DNA of 62,950 nt, counting the filler, from Olpidium bornovanus S191 (taxonomy: Eukaryota; Fungi; Olpidiomycota): NCBI GenBank assembly GCA_017911155.1. It is 28 parts of 28 records of this genome, joined end to end, with 100 filler letters (N's around TTAATTAATTAA, not from the genome) between each part and the next. Parts side by side here need not be neighbours in the genome. Positions count along the whole stretch, not along the records: positions 23,412 to 24,901 come from JAEFCI010010945.1; positions 25,002 to 26,021 come from JAEFCI010004752.1; positions 26,122 to 27,726 come from JAEFCI010010638.1; positions 27,827 to 29,801 come from JAEFCI010006497.1; positions 29,902 to 31,868 come from JAEFCI010004632.1; positions 31,969 to 34,277 come from JAEFCI010000431.1; positions 34,378 to 36,264 come from JAEFCI010013243.1; positions 36,365 to 38,510 come from JAEFCI010001946.1; 20 more parts are not named here. One strand, 5' to 3'. Position numbers and translations under genes: made by a program. The notes below the pieces were generated by a model. That model was not told the origin of the DNA. It made no database searches and saw only the letters and a program-made list of their open reading frames with translations. This document shows positions 24,423 to 37,393 of this stretch, in pieces. Each line of letters begins with the position of its first letter. Positions within the stretch are counted from its first letter, which is position 1.

Positions 24423-25071
24423 TCCCCAGGTATGCAGGCTTTGATTCCGCCCGGTGTACCGGCTCTGACATTTTGAATCTTGCTCATCTGTCGGATAACC
24501 CGCCAACGGGAGCCCGGGCTGCCTGATTCAAGAATTGAATTCGGTGTCAACCTCGTCGTTCGGTGGGCCCCGCTCGAACAGTGAGGCGCTTGTCGTCAAA
24601 ATCCAAAACGCGGAACAACACGTCCCCCAAGGGAGGGTGGTTTTCATTTACTTCCGATCCGTGCATCGTAAGTTCTCTCCGTGCATATGTGACGCAGCTG
24701 CAAGGTAGTGCGACGAAAACACCGGGCTTGAGTCTTTCCGCGATCACGACGCCGGCCGCTCGATGACCAAGCAGGCCCGTCATGTCGCGGACGCCTTCGC
24801 AGGATGGAACCGCCGCGTGGGGGAATTTTTTTACGCGGAGCACCTTCAGTTTTCTGCGCGAAGAGACGCCCGGCGGGGTTGAGGTTTGATCTCTAGAACG
24901 GNNNNNNNNNNNNNNNNNNNNNNNNNNNNNNNNNNNNNNNNNNNNTTAATTAATTAANNNNNNNNNNNNNNNNNNNNNNNNNNNNNNNNNNNNNNNNNNN
25001 NAACGCGCCGGCCCCGCGCGTCAGGAAATTCATAACGTCCCGTCGTCAAAAATGAAATCTACGGCACTCAG

Positions 25072-25788
25072 GTCATAATCTCTGCCTTAATTCCTGGAGC
25101 AACTGGCCCGCCGCGAACATGACCAACGAGGAGTTGATTTCCGATATGAAGTGGGCGGAACTCGCTTTCCAGCGAGTCCTCGGCGTCGTGCCCAAGTACT
25201 ACCGACCTCCTCACGGTAAGCCTTCCGGGACAACCCGCCGCTCCCGCCGCTTCTTGCGCATGAAACGCTCGCTCGGAGTAATTGACGTCCTTACCCGTTT
25301 CGAACCCAGGGAGCATCGACGACCGTGTCCGAAAGGTGGTCAAACTCCTCGGCTACGTACCGCTGATGTGGGACATGTCCACGCGCGATACTCGCATCCT
25401 CAACAGCACCGTGGCGGGCGAGGCGACCTTTGAGCAGGTGTGGGCCGAGTTCCAAACGCAGCTGAACGCCACCCGCAGCAACGAGGGCACCATCTTCTTG
25501 CAGCACGACACGTTCGAGCACACGGTCGAGTACCTTTCACGCATCATCCCGGCCGTCCGGCAGCGGCAGCTGCAGTTCGCGACGGTGGCCGAATGCGTCG
25601 GCGATGCGGAGGCCGTTCAGCGGTTCAGCGACTTCAACGTCACCGACAACTGGAAGAAGGACTTTGACGGCCAGGGCACCGGCGAGCTCACCCACGAGAA
25701 GAGCTCCGCGGTTGCCGTTCACGGGCTCGCGAGCGTGGCGGGCCCTCTGGTTTTCGCTGTGGCCATCGCGGGGTTCGCGCAGTTCTAG
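25072..25788 (+). CDS. Polysaccharide (chitin) deacetylase-like CE4/NodB protein, 5' part missing, hydrophobic GPI-signal-like C-terminus; metal-binding motif degenerate
   Basis: Exon 25072-25215 GHNLCLNSWSNWPAANMTNEELISDMKWAELAFQRVLGVVPKYYRPPHG. Exon from 25310 SIDDRVR...LGYVPLMWDMSTRD...GTIFLQHD...FATVAECVGD...LVFAVAIAGFAQF*. Confidence 0.85.
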
Positions 25789-26179
25789 AGCGCGCCGGCT
25801 TGTGCGCCCCCAGTCCGGATGGTGACCCATCCAACGTCCATCCATATCCGGCTTTCCCGCCCACCTCCGCACTGGCGCGAGAGACGATCACATATCACAC
25901 TCTACCTGCACAACGCAAACGCAGCATTTAACGATAAAAATCCGCATTACTTTCGACCGGATATTGTGCGTATTGTAGATAACTGGGATATGTTTTTTCC
26001 CCTCCTCCTCCCTCGTCCATGNNNNNNNNNNNNNNNNNNNNNNNNNNNNNNNNNNNNNNNNNNNNTTAATTAATTAANNNNNNNNNNNNNNNNNNNNNNN
26101 NNNNNNNNNNNNNNNNNNNNNATTAATTCAGTGACGTTGGCAAAATATGCAACGATGTCCCGCCTGTGCAAAGTAGGCG

Positions 26180-26760
26180 TCTAAGCGCGCTCGTAGGCAG
26201 CGTACGCAATGTGTGCAACTTCTGCAACGCAGGCCGCGCATGCAACTTGCGAAAACGTACGCATTCTGCTTAAAAGTTACAGGGAGCCTTGGACGGCAAT
26301 CTACGCACGATGTCCGCACGACGCGCACATCGCTGTCCGCAACATGCGAAAAGAACGCAAAAGTACGCAAACGGCAAGAGTTTGGTTGATTGTTGGTACG
26401 TGGTATCATAGATTCATGCGGCTGTCGGTTTGCTCGTTAGTTTACATCAAAAAGACAATTGGCCTTGAACGCAATGTACGCATTATGTACGCCTGATGCA
26501 CGCGGCAGTGTCTGCAACATGCGCAAAAGCAGGAAGCGATTGCAAAGCGCATAATGACGCCCGCAATGCCCGTAACGCATGCAATGCTCGCAATGTACGC
26601 AATGACGTCCGCAACGTCCGCAGCGTATGCAATGCTTGCGATGTGCCCAGCGATGTGTGTGCGATCGATGTACGCGACGAAGTGCGAGCACGCAACTTGC
26701 TCAATGTCTGCAATGTAAGCAATGATGTGCGCAAATCGAGTCAAATGTGTGTGAATCGAC
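26180..26760. repeat. Degenerate 9-bp-period (CGCAATGYN-like) low-complexity repeat region spanning two abutting ORFs
   Basis: Recurrent cgcaatgt/cgcaacgt/tgcaatgc units. The + strand reads ARN ARN ACN ARN VRN DVRN VRS VCN. Confidence 0.75.
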
Positions 26761-28474
26761 GGTGTGTGAAGGCAAGTGTGTGTGTGTGTGTTTCTGTCAA
26801 AATTGCCCGTCAAGCCGTCAACCCGACTTTTTGCTGCCGTCACCGACTGAGGAAAAAAAATTGCTGAGAAAAAATCTCCCTTCCCTTCCCCCCGAAAAAG
26901 AAAAAAATCCGCAGCCGGCGTTCGCCGGCCCCATTTTTTTCTATTTTTTTTTAGGTCCCCGTTGCCTCCCAACTGCCGTTGCTAGCCAAATGCCGCCGCT
27001 GCCGGCCGCACAGTTTCTCGCTTTCGGGCGGCAGTCGTTGCCGCTGATGGCCATCGGCCTATCATCAACTAACCTCCAACACGGACTTGGCGGAACTCCT
27101 AACCAGACTCCGACGGGCCGCGGGCCCATACGCATCAACGTCAACGGTTTTGATTATTATTTAACCTCGACCACTTTCTTCGAAAAAAAAAACTCCGACA
27201 CCGACCAATTCCGGAGTTGATTCCGAACTGCGGTCGCGCATCAACGTAGCCTCCTCCCCAACCCCGCCCCACTCAGGGCGCCGCGGGTCAGAAAGCGGCG
27301 ATCGTGCGGCAATTCGCCGCCCGCGCGTGGCTACAGAGATATGCCGTTTGCAGAGTGATGGGTGGGGAAGTTCAGGCCATGACCCCTGGCCCCCTGCTTC
27401 CCTGGCCGACCGGTCGATGCGCGAACCGGCCGAGGAGGTTCGGCGCAACTAGACTTCAAGATCACGATTGTCCGGGGCACCTCAGAATAGGGCGGTAACC
27501 CGCCGCCTTCCGGGAAAACTTGTTACTCCGATGCTCTGCCACGGCGCGCGCCGAACCAAAACTCGGCCTCTCCTGCAAACCCCTCCCGCTCCCCCTTTCC
27601 CCCTCCCCCCCCCCCCCCTCCCCCCCCCCCCCCCCCCCCCTCCCCCCCCCCCCGCCGCCGCCGCCATTCTCCGTCACCCGCAAGCAAGCAACGCAGACAT
27701 CTTTCACTTTTCCCAACGCTAACTCANNNNNNNNNNNNNNNNNNNNNNNNNNNNNNNNNNNNNNNNNNNNTTAATTAATTAANNNNNNNNNNNNNNNNNN
27801 NNNNNNNNNNNNNNNNNNNNNNNNNNGCCCCCCCCCCCCCCCCCCCCCCTCGCCCCCCCTCGCGAACGGAGGGTGTCGGAGCATCCCCACCGGACCGTCC
27901 CTCCTTTCTCCTTCTTTCTTGTGCCGCGATGACATCGTTCGTTCGCTAAGTTTCTTGTACTGTTTGTAACCCCCGCTCATCGCTGATGCCCGCCGCGGCC
28001 CTGCGGGTCCCCTCCCCCCTGCGGCCTCCCGCACCTTTTCAGCCGCGCCCTCGTTTCAGTAAGTAGACCGCGTTCGTCGAGAAAATGCCTCCCGCCAAGT
28101 GGGCCCTTTTCCGCGGGACTCGTCGTCGCCGGTTTTCGAAGGTCGCCTTCAAAAAGACGCGGTAACGAAGATGATTGCGGGGCCCGGCTCGTAAACTCTG
28201 GAGTCTTGGGGGAAAAACCCGCCGAAGGCGCGCGCGCGCTCCGACCCCTTCTCCCCGCCGCGCCCCTCCTAACCCCCAGATAACTGGAAGCTCGGCCCCG
28301 CACGCCCAACCCCCCCTTCCCCCCCTCCCGCCTTCCCTCCCCTCGCCCCCGTTGAAACGTCCGTCCAGGGGAAAAGGGGAGTATTAACGGCGAGGCCGCT
28401 GCCGCGCTCCTGCTGAGCCCGTTAACCTAACGAGGGTCGCCACCTGTGGTTGCGCTCGACCTGCCCCGCTTCAG

Positions 28475-29154
28475 ACTTTGGGTTTGTCGATTTCCATAAC
28501 AGCCGCGACGCGGAGGACGCGATTCGCGACCTTGATGGGACCTACGTGGACGATTACAAAATTACTGTCGAATGGACGAAGGACAGAGGTAGACAAGTCG
28601 GCCCGCCCTTGTCGCTTATGTCTCCTGCTGTTTTTCGGCTATAGGACCCAATCCCTAACTAGTCTCCTTTGACGCGCACTGCTCCGCTTTTTTGCGTTCG
28701 GCTCCCCGTTCCAGGTTTCAGGGGCCGCTCTTCTTTCCGTCAGGGGTACGACGAAGCCCACGTCGCAACCGTTTCAATTTACCGGGGCCTTCCCCGTTCG
28801 CATGTAAAGAGAAAACAACCCCCCTCGCAACTAACGCGCGACCGACACGTTTCTTTTGGCCTTCCGTTGTTATCCAGCCGATCTCGCTCCCCTCCTCGTG
28901 GCCCTCGGGGCTACTCCCCGCCGCCACGCAGCAGGCGCTCGCCCGATCACCGCGGGTCGCGCTCGCCCGCGCCGCGTGAACGCGGAAGAGGTAGGTCCCG
29001 GTCCCATGACAGATCCGACCGCCGTAGCCGGTCTCGCACCTCCTCCGTAAAGAAAGCACTTCGCTCTCCAACCCGGTCTCCCAGGGAGCGCTCTCACCAC
29101 CGCGCGCGCTCCCCCGCCCGTCATGCCAGTGACGATGAGCCTGCGACCACCTAA
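28475..29154 (+). CDS. SR-family splicing factor (RRM + RS domain), 5' exon(s) not located
   Basis: Exon from 28475 gives FGFVDFHNSRDAEDAIRDLDG...ITVEWTK (SRSF-type RRM). The downstream exon is RS/SP-rich: RSRSPP...RSRSHDRSDRRSRSR...RSPTRSPRERS. Confidence 0.85.
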
Positions 29155-29755
29155 AGTGTGAAAAAATTTGTCTTAGAAAGAATAAGCGGTTTTTTTCTCC
29201 TTTTTTTCTGTTTGACGTTTCCTCCCAAATCCCGGACGTTTCGTCTTTCCCTGAAACTCGATGCCTTTTTCCTAAAACCTCAAGTTTTCACTTCCAAGTA
29301 TGAATCCAAAAAATTGCTGGATTTGTCACATCCGTGAGATTGTCCTGGGTGCACGGCAGGCCCGATCAGACCTGACTACGTGCGGGTTGTCATGACGCGT
29401 TTTTTAACAACCCGACGCGTTTCTCGAATATAATCTGACGGTTGCCTCACTGTCGGTGAACGTCCCGCGGATTGTCTCTGTCTGGTCCTGGCATCCCCCG
29501 TTTTGAAGCCCGATCTGGATTGGAAAGACGCCATGCCTCCCCCCCCCCCACCTCACTTCTCCCCCACGCCTACGACGCTTTTTGGACTGTAACGCGAGGG
29601 AGAAAATTCTCGACATCTGGCACTTCCTATCGAATTTTCCCTGGCGATCCGTCGTTTCCAGAGGGAAGACACAATCGAAGACAAGGCATAAAGAGTTTCC
29701 TTTCCCTGTGTTTGCCTCCGTGCGCTTGGATCGCAGAAAACGAACGAGGCGAGGC

Positions 29756-29794
<39 letters not shown>

Positions 29795-29901
29795 CACCCC
29801 CNNNNNNNNNNNNNNNNNNNNNNNNNNNNNNNNNNNNNNNNNNNNTTAATTAATTAANNNNNNNNNNNNNNNNNNNNNNNNNNNNNNNNNNNNNNNNNNN
29901 N

Positions 29902-30245
29902 CATGCACTTGGAGCTCTGGTTCACGCCGACATTGCTGGTCCATTTCTGGCCTCAATCGACGGCGACATTTACGTCCTGAAAGAGTTTGCGCATCAGTCG
30001 CGTTTTATCCACTCATACTTTTTGAGTTCCAAAAACTAAGGGATGGTTCTGAGATGTTTTAAGGACTTCCAAGGCCCGCATTTGGACACAGTGTGGAGCT
30101 GAGGTCTGCATACATCGATCAGATGGAGGGGAAGAATTCACCCTCTCAAGAATTTAATGACTATCATTCTGAGTAAGAAATACAGAGGCACTTAAGTGTG
30201 CGTGGCACACTGACACAGGACGGAATAGCAGAACGGAGCAATTTG
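29902..30245 (+). mobile_element. Ty1/copia integrase pseudogene fragment
   Basis: ALVHADIAGPF (copia LVHSDVCGP) and later SQEFNDY...QRHLSVRGTLTQDGIAERSN (copia TPQQNGVAERxN). Internal stop and frameshifts. Confidence 0.8.
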
Positions 30246-30579
30246 TTGAATTATCGCTGTTTTGCGTCATTATTGTGTGTTATTTGTGTTTTCCATCCGT
30301 CCGCTTTGCACTCTGCTGTGCTCTACTGCGCTCCGCTGCGCCCTCCTGCACTCCCCTTCGCTCTGATGACCATGTGGTGTCATCCAAGGGGGAAATTTTC
30401 TCAAAATTTCCAGAACATTTCCTAAATTGTCTGTTTATTTCCAATTTATGTGCCAAAAATTTCCGCTCAAAATGTTCATAGATCTGTCAGATCTGCGCCG
30501 ATCTGCGTGATTCTTGTGCCAAACAATTCTCCTCATGGATCCGCATATATGTATATCACATTTGCATGCAGATCGGATC

Positions 30580-31196
30580 TGTGATGCACCGCGCTCGGCG
30601 GCCCGTCGGTGCGAATATCCGGCAACCCGCCGGGGGCCATGCGGAGAGAACCCCCGCTCGTCGAAGATTAATTCTCCGGGAGCTCGGGGCTTCCCCCCTT
30701 TTTCCCTTGCCCCCCCCGGGACGTCACAACCAACTTCCCCCCCGAAACCGTCAACCCCGCCTGCGGGTCCCCCGCAAGGTCAACGTCCTCACGACGAGGA
30801 CGCATAAGAGTACTCGAGGCCAACCAAGACCGCGGGTCCGCACGGCGCCCACGAGCACTGCCATGGATGCCGCGCAGAGACCAGCGAGGGCGCGCGGGTC
30901 CACGTGGGGCTTACGGGAAACGACGATGTTGTGTACTTCGCAAGCGGCGCAGGGAAGGCAGGAAGGCAGACAGCGGCATGCTGACGCGTCGCCTCTCTGC
31001 ATAAATAGCACCCCTCTCCTCCGCCTGTGTACTGCCTTATCGAACTTTTCTTTGGCTTGCTTCTTCTGTACTTTACGTACTTACCACGAAAGTAATATCT
31101 CTCTGACCTGAATACAACGCTTTCACTCTGCGACCTCCTTCTACCAAGGACTTGACCGCGGTGTCACGAAAGCGCAACTTGACTGTCCACAGTACA
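30580..31196 (+). mobile_element. Putative 5' LTR of a Ty3/gypsy element
   Basis: Ends ..GTACA immediately before the PBS and gag, with a TATA-like CATAAATAG near 31000. The left boundary (TGTGATG at 30580) is a guess because no second LTR is available. Confidence 0.4.
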
Positions 31197-31209
31197 TGGT
31201 AGCAACGCC
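31197..31209 (+). promoter_or_regulatory. Putative primer-binding site TGGTAGC (complementary to the 3' end of fungal initiator tRNA-Met)
   Basis: TGGTAGC directly follows CA and lies about 20 bp before the gag ATG. Yeast Ty1/Ty3 PBS also begins TGGTAGCG. Confidence 0.55.
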
Positions 31210-31219
31210 TCTGCAGACA

Positions 31220-31868
31220 ATGACCCGTAACCCGACTTTTCCCGTTGCCTCCGCCGCAGGACCGACCCTCCTGCAGAGAGAGGCGGACTACCAGTTGGCG
31301 ATCCGACAGCTGGAGGCCCGCCTGGCGGAGGTGACCGCGCAGCGCGACCACTCGCTACAGACGGCTTTTGCCGCGACAGCTGCGGCTGAAGACTCCGCGC
31401 AAAAGCCGTCGGAGTCAGACCATGCTGTCGCGAAATTGATTCGCGAGAAACTACGGCCCTTCACGGGCCGCAACCGGACCCCCCACCAGGTGCGCAACTT
31501 CCTGTTACAGTTCGAGCAGTACGCTGACTACGCACGTCTCGAAATCTCAGCCAGGGTGGTGGCGATCGGCGCCATGCTCGCGGACGAACTGGCCGCATGG
31601 TACCAAAGTCTGGCGGGCTCGGTGCCCAACTCACCGAGTTTTGTCGACTTTTTCTCCACCATTGGGGAGACCCTTGGAGGAGGAGAACGCGCGGGGGTGG
31701 TTGGCCAGCCTCCAACAGGCCGGCTCGGCACGCCAATACACCGAAGAATTTCGACGATTGGCGCTCCTCCTCCCCGACCTCACCGAAGCCGACAAGGTCT
31801 TCCCCTACAAGCGGGGCTTGTCGGACGGTCTCCAACGAGACCTCCGAGTGATGCGGGTGACCTCCATG
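31220..31868 (+). mobile_element. Ty3/gypsy retrotransposon Gag, frameshifted near 31670, truncated by the contig end
   Basis: KLRPFTGRNRTPHQVRNFLLQFEQY...ELAAWY, then in a shifted frame LQQAGSARQYTEEFRRLALLL...KVFPYKRGL (retrotransposon-gag Q-GS..Y..EF..L pattern). Confidence 0.85.
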
Positions 31869-31969
31869 NNNNNNNNNNNNNNNNNNNNNNNNNNNNNNNN
31901 NNNNNNNNNNNNTTAATTAATTAANNNNNNNNNNNNNNNNNNNNNNNNNNNNNNNNNNNNNNNNNNNNC

Positions 31970-33853
<1,884 letters not shown>

Positions 33854-34174
33854 GCCTGGTTGAGTTGCTTTTGGACGGACTGAAATAAAAAGGCGCGCCC
33901 GAAATTTGCAGTGATGTGAACCGGGGCCGTTTTTGTCGGGCGGCGTTTTTCAAACTCTCAAAAAACCAGCTGGGGGGTCCGAGGTTCGGAAGGGCCCCGC
34001 GAAGGGCGTTGACGGCGAGGGAGGGAACTTCCCCGCGCGTCCGTCACAAAGGTCCGCCGACACGGTCCTGGCCGCCCCGCGGCGCCCCACTTCTTGAAAA
34101 ACGAAGTAAAAAAAAAACGTTCGACGACGTTGCCACAAGCTTTCTGCAAGCTGCGGTTATAGGCCGCGCCTTTT

Positions 34175-34211
<37 letters not shown>

Positions 34212-34377
34212 TTTCCTGGGGAGAGCCTTTTTTTTTGCGAGACCCACCCCTCTCTTTGCGGTCACACCCCAAGCCCGNNNNNNNNNNNNNNNNNNNNNNN
34301 NNNNNNNNNNNNNNNNNNNNNTTAATTAATTAANNNNNNNNNNNNNNNNNNNNNNNNNNNNNNNNNNNNNNNNNNNN

Positions 34378-34600
34378 CATGCTTAGTTGTCTTCAGAAGG
34401 TCGATGATTTCTCCAAACACACCGCGACGTGTTAAAGAAACAATTTATTTGTCGATAGCGGCCTTCCACTTCGTCCAATCGGCACGGTGCATCGCCTCGG
34501 CGACAGAGCCTGGTTCCGGGTCATATTCTTCATATTCTTCCTGGGAAAGCGCCTCAGCAACCATAACAACAAACGTGTCGTTAATGGGAATCGTTGAACG
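34378..34600 (-). mobile_element. Ty1/copia pol fragment (integrase-RT linker), contains a stop
   Basis: YDPEPGSVAEAMHRADWTKWKAAIDK*IVSLTRRGVFGEI resembles copia DPEP.S..E...R.DW.KWK.AI..EL.SL.KR.VFG. Confidence 0.8.
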
Positions 34601-35368
34601 GTCCCAAATTTTGCCATTCTGCGCAAAGAAAACTGAAACTTCGGCATTGGACTTACTAGAGAGAAAAGTTTCTGAGGACGGGGGTGGGAGGGAGCGTTCC
34701 CGGCCCTGTTGTTCCAGTCATGTTGTTGGTTCGACGGGTGACGGTTCCAGTCCGCCGCGCGAGTTCGGATTACTATTTCCGTGACGACAAAATTAAGTTG
34801 GGAAAACTATGCAAACCCCAACCTAACGGTCGTAAAAGATGACATGCAAGCAAATTAGTTGTATCCTGGAAAACCCAAACCGAACGGGTTCGGAATCACA
34901 TTCCTTTCGAAAAGTTCAAAGTCTCGGTCGAACAACCAAATGCAATACCGGGTTAACTATACGGAATTTCATTATTTTTGAATGGGTGCCTCATGCAAAG
35001 GCGTGGTGGGGGACGGTCACGTGCTTAGGTCCAGCCGAATAAGCCATCCCGGGTTTCCTTCTTTCACAGGAGTCACGTGAACATCACCCCACATCCACCG
35101 ATTCGGGTGACGCCCGCACACCCCTTTGGGCGCACAAAACCTTTCCGAGCAAAGCGGTTAACCTCGTTCGGCTCAGACGAAACCCGCCCTGTTTTCTGGA
35201 ATAAACGGAAAAGGTCGAACAGAGCTCAGGTCCCGCCGAGCTCGGGCGCGCACCGACGGAAGCAGGAGAAGAAAAAATCAGGCCAATTCCCACGGACTTT
35301 CTGGTTTTTTTTTTCTTTTTTCGGACGGGCTGGGTGGAAGGGGCCAGACCGCCGGCGGGCAAGCAGCG

Positions 35369-35860
35369 ATGTCGTACCTAAGCACGAGCAAGCCCGAGAA
35401 GCCGCTCATGGCGTCAGTGCTGTTCCCGGAGATCGCGAAGGAGCTGACGGCCCACCCGGAATACGTTGGCCAGCTCGAGGGGCTGTTCGTCGTTAACGTG
35501 ACGAGAAAGGGCGTGAGCAAGGGCGAATGGTAAGGAGGACGCGCGGGCAAAATGGGGAGAGTTGAAGCGGGGAGCGGGGAAGATTAATCCACCATGACTC
35601 GTTCTGAATGGCGAGGCACTGACCGACGGGGTTTCAATGCACTTTGGGGAAAATATTTGCCCTCCAAATGTGCTGCCAGGTACTTGCTTTTCAAAGGTAG
35701 GGCCGAGGGGTAGGACCCACCCCACCGCAGCGCGCGCGGGCGCCCGGTTTGCGCCCGCGATTCTTCGGCGTTTCTGGCCGGGGCTTTGCTTTCGCTCAAA
35801 AGCGCCTGTGTTGACGACCCTCCTCCCCGCTCCCCTCCTCTGGCGCCGCGCTTTTTTTTT

Positions 35861-35891
<31 letters not shown>

Positions 35892-36192
35892 GTAAGGCCA
35901 GGCGCACCCACCACTTGTGTCGAAGACGCGCCCGTCTCTGCCTACCTCGCCGCCGAGCAAAAACGCGCGGCCGCTTCCCGTCGTGATGCTGGAGGTCGAA
36001 GACTCAGCCCTCACCGGGTTCGTCACCGGAGGCCTGAACGGCTGGAAGGGCTACAGCACCGGGAAGGTTAAGATCGCCGGAGACCTCCTGCTGGCTGGCC
36101 AGCTCGAGGAGATCTTCAAGAAGGCTGGAGGGGTGGAGAAGACCATGAAGTTCTTTAAAAAGTTCAGGGCAGAGAAGTCGTCAAAGCTGTAG
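35369..36192 (+). CDS. SCP2 sterol/lipid-carrier-like protein with a C-terminal SKL (PTS1); 3 exons
   Basis: Phase-consistent exons 35369-35529, 35680-35696 and 35897-36192. SCP2-like GLFVVNVT...W, GKVKIAGDLLLAGQLE. Ends SSKL*. Confidence 0.8.
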
Positions 36193-37393
36193 CAATTCGG
36201 AAAAAGCGGTGGGTAAAAAAAATAAAAAAGGAAATGCGTCTGTTTCCTCACCCCGCGAAGGTCGNNNNNNNNNNNNNNNNNNNNNNNNNNNNNNNNNNNN
36301 NNNNNNNNTTAATTAATTAANNNNNNNNNNNNNNNNNNNNNNNNNNNNNNNNNNNNNNNNNNNNATCGGACCTATTTAGCTGCACTCCAGAAGTTACACC
36401 AAAGTAAGGTGAATGTAAATCCCTAAATTGGAGTTGAACCAATATCCACTAGTGGAAGTGTATCGTAAATACCATCAATCTCGAGGAGGCAAATAGTTGC
36501 TAACTTACAGAAGTCAGTATTGATACATTTATACCAATATCATCATCTGTGTGTCCTATACTACACCTTCGCAGGTTAATAGCTTATACTAATATTATGT
36601 TCCGGCAGCGAAAACGACCAACCCTTTCAGCGCCGCGATTCTCCTCCCCTCCCCCCGCCGGCGCGGTCCCAAGGAACGCGTTTTTTCGCTTGCGGCAGCG
36701 TCCGCCCCCGGTGCGGAAAACGAACACTGATCCCTCGCGATCCGGCGCCAGCCAGGTGCTCTAGGCTGCTCCCGAGGACGGGCCGACGCGGGAAACCCAA
36801 CCTCCGCGTTATCGCCCTGCCCTGCCCCTTCCTTCCTCTTCCCACCTCCCCCTCTCCCGCCTCCGGCGGCCCGCGGGTTCGCGGAGGGAAACACCCTGCC
36901 GCACAAAAGGGCGTTCCCTCCCCCCTCCGCACAGTAATGGGTTCGACGCGGCCGGCCACCGCGAAAGGAGAAGACCTTGATCTTACCCTGCTCGGCGAGC
37001 TAGAAGCCTCGGTGCTGGAACTCACGGGGGTGAGCACATCTGAGGAGGGTTTGGAGCTTTCGCTGCTGCGAACCCGTCCCACTTGAATGCGGCGAGGGGC
37101 TTGGAGCCGCCCTTCTGCGCCGGTCGCGAATCGGCGGAATCTTTTCGCTTGCGCGCACATTCGCCCGTATTTAATTTTTTTGTAACTGTCTCGCGGACGT
37201 GCGCTACACTGCTTGATAAAAAAGGCTTTGGAAGGAAAGTCCGCCAGTCCCGCCAGTGGCCAGGCCGGTGACGCTCGGGAAGATCTGTCTGCCCAAGATG
37301 AACGGCGGAAAGGTCAGGGAAAGTTCGTTTGCGGCCCAAGTTATTAGGTCGTGTTTCACGACGCGTCGCAACGCACCAGGCTGATGGGGGCTG

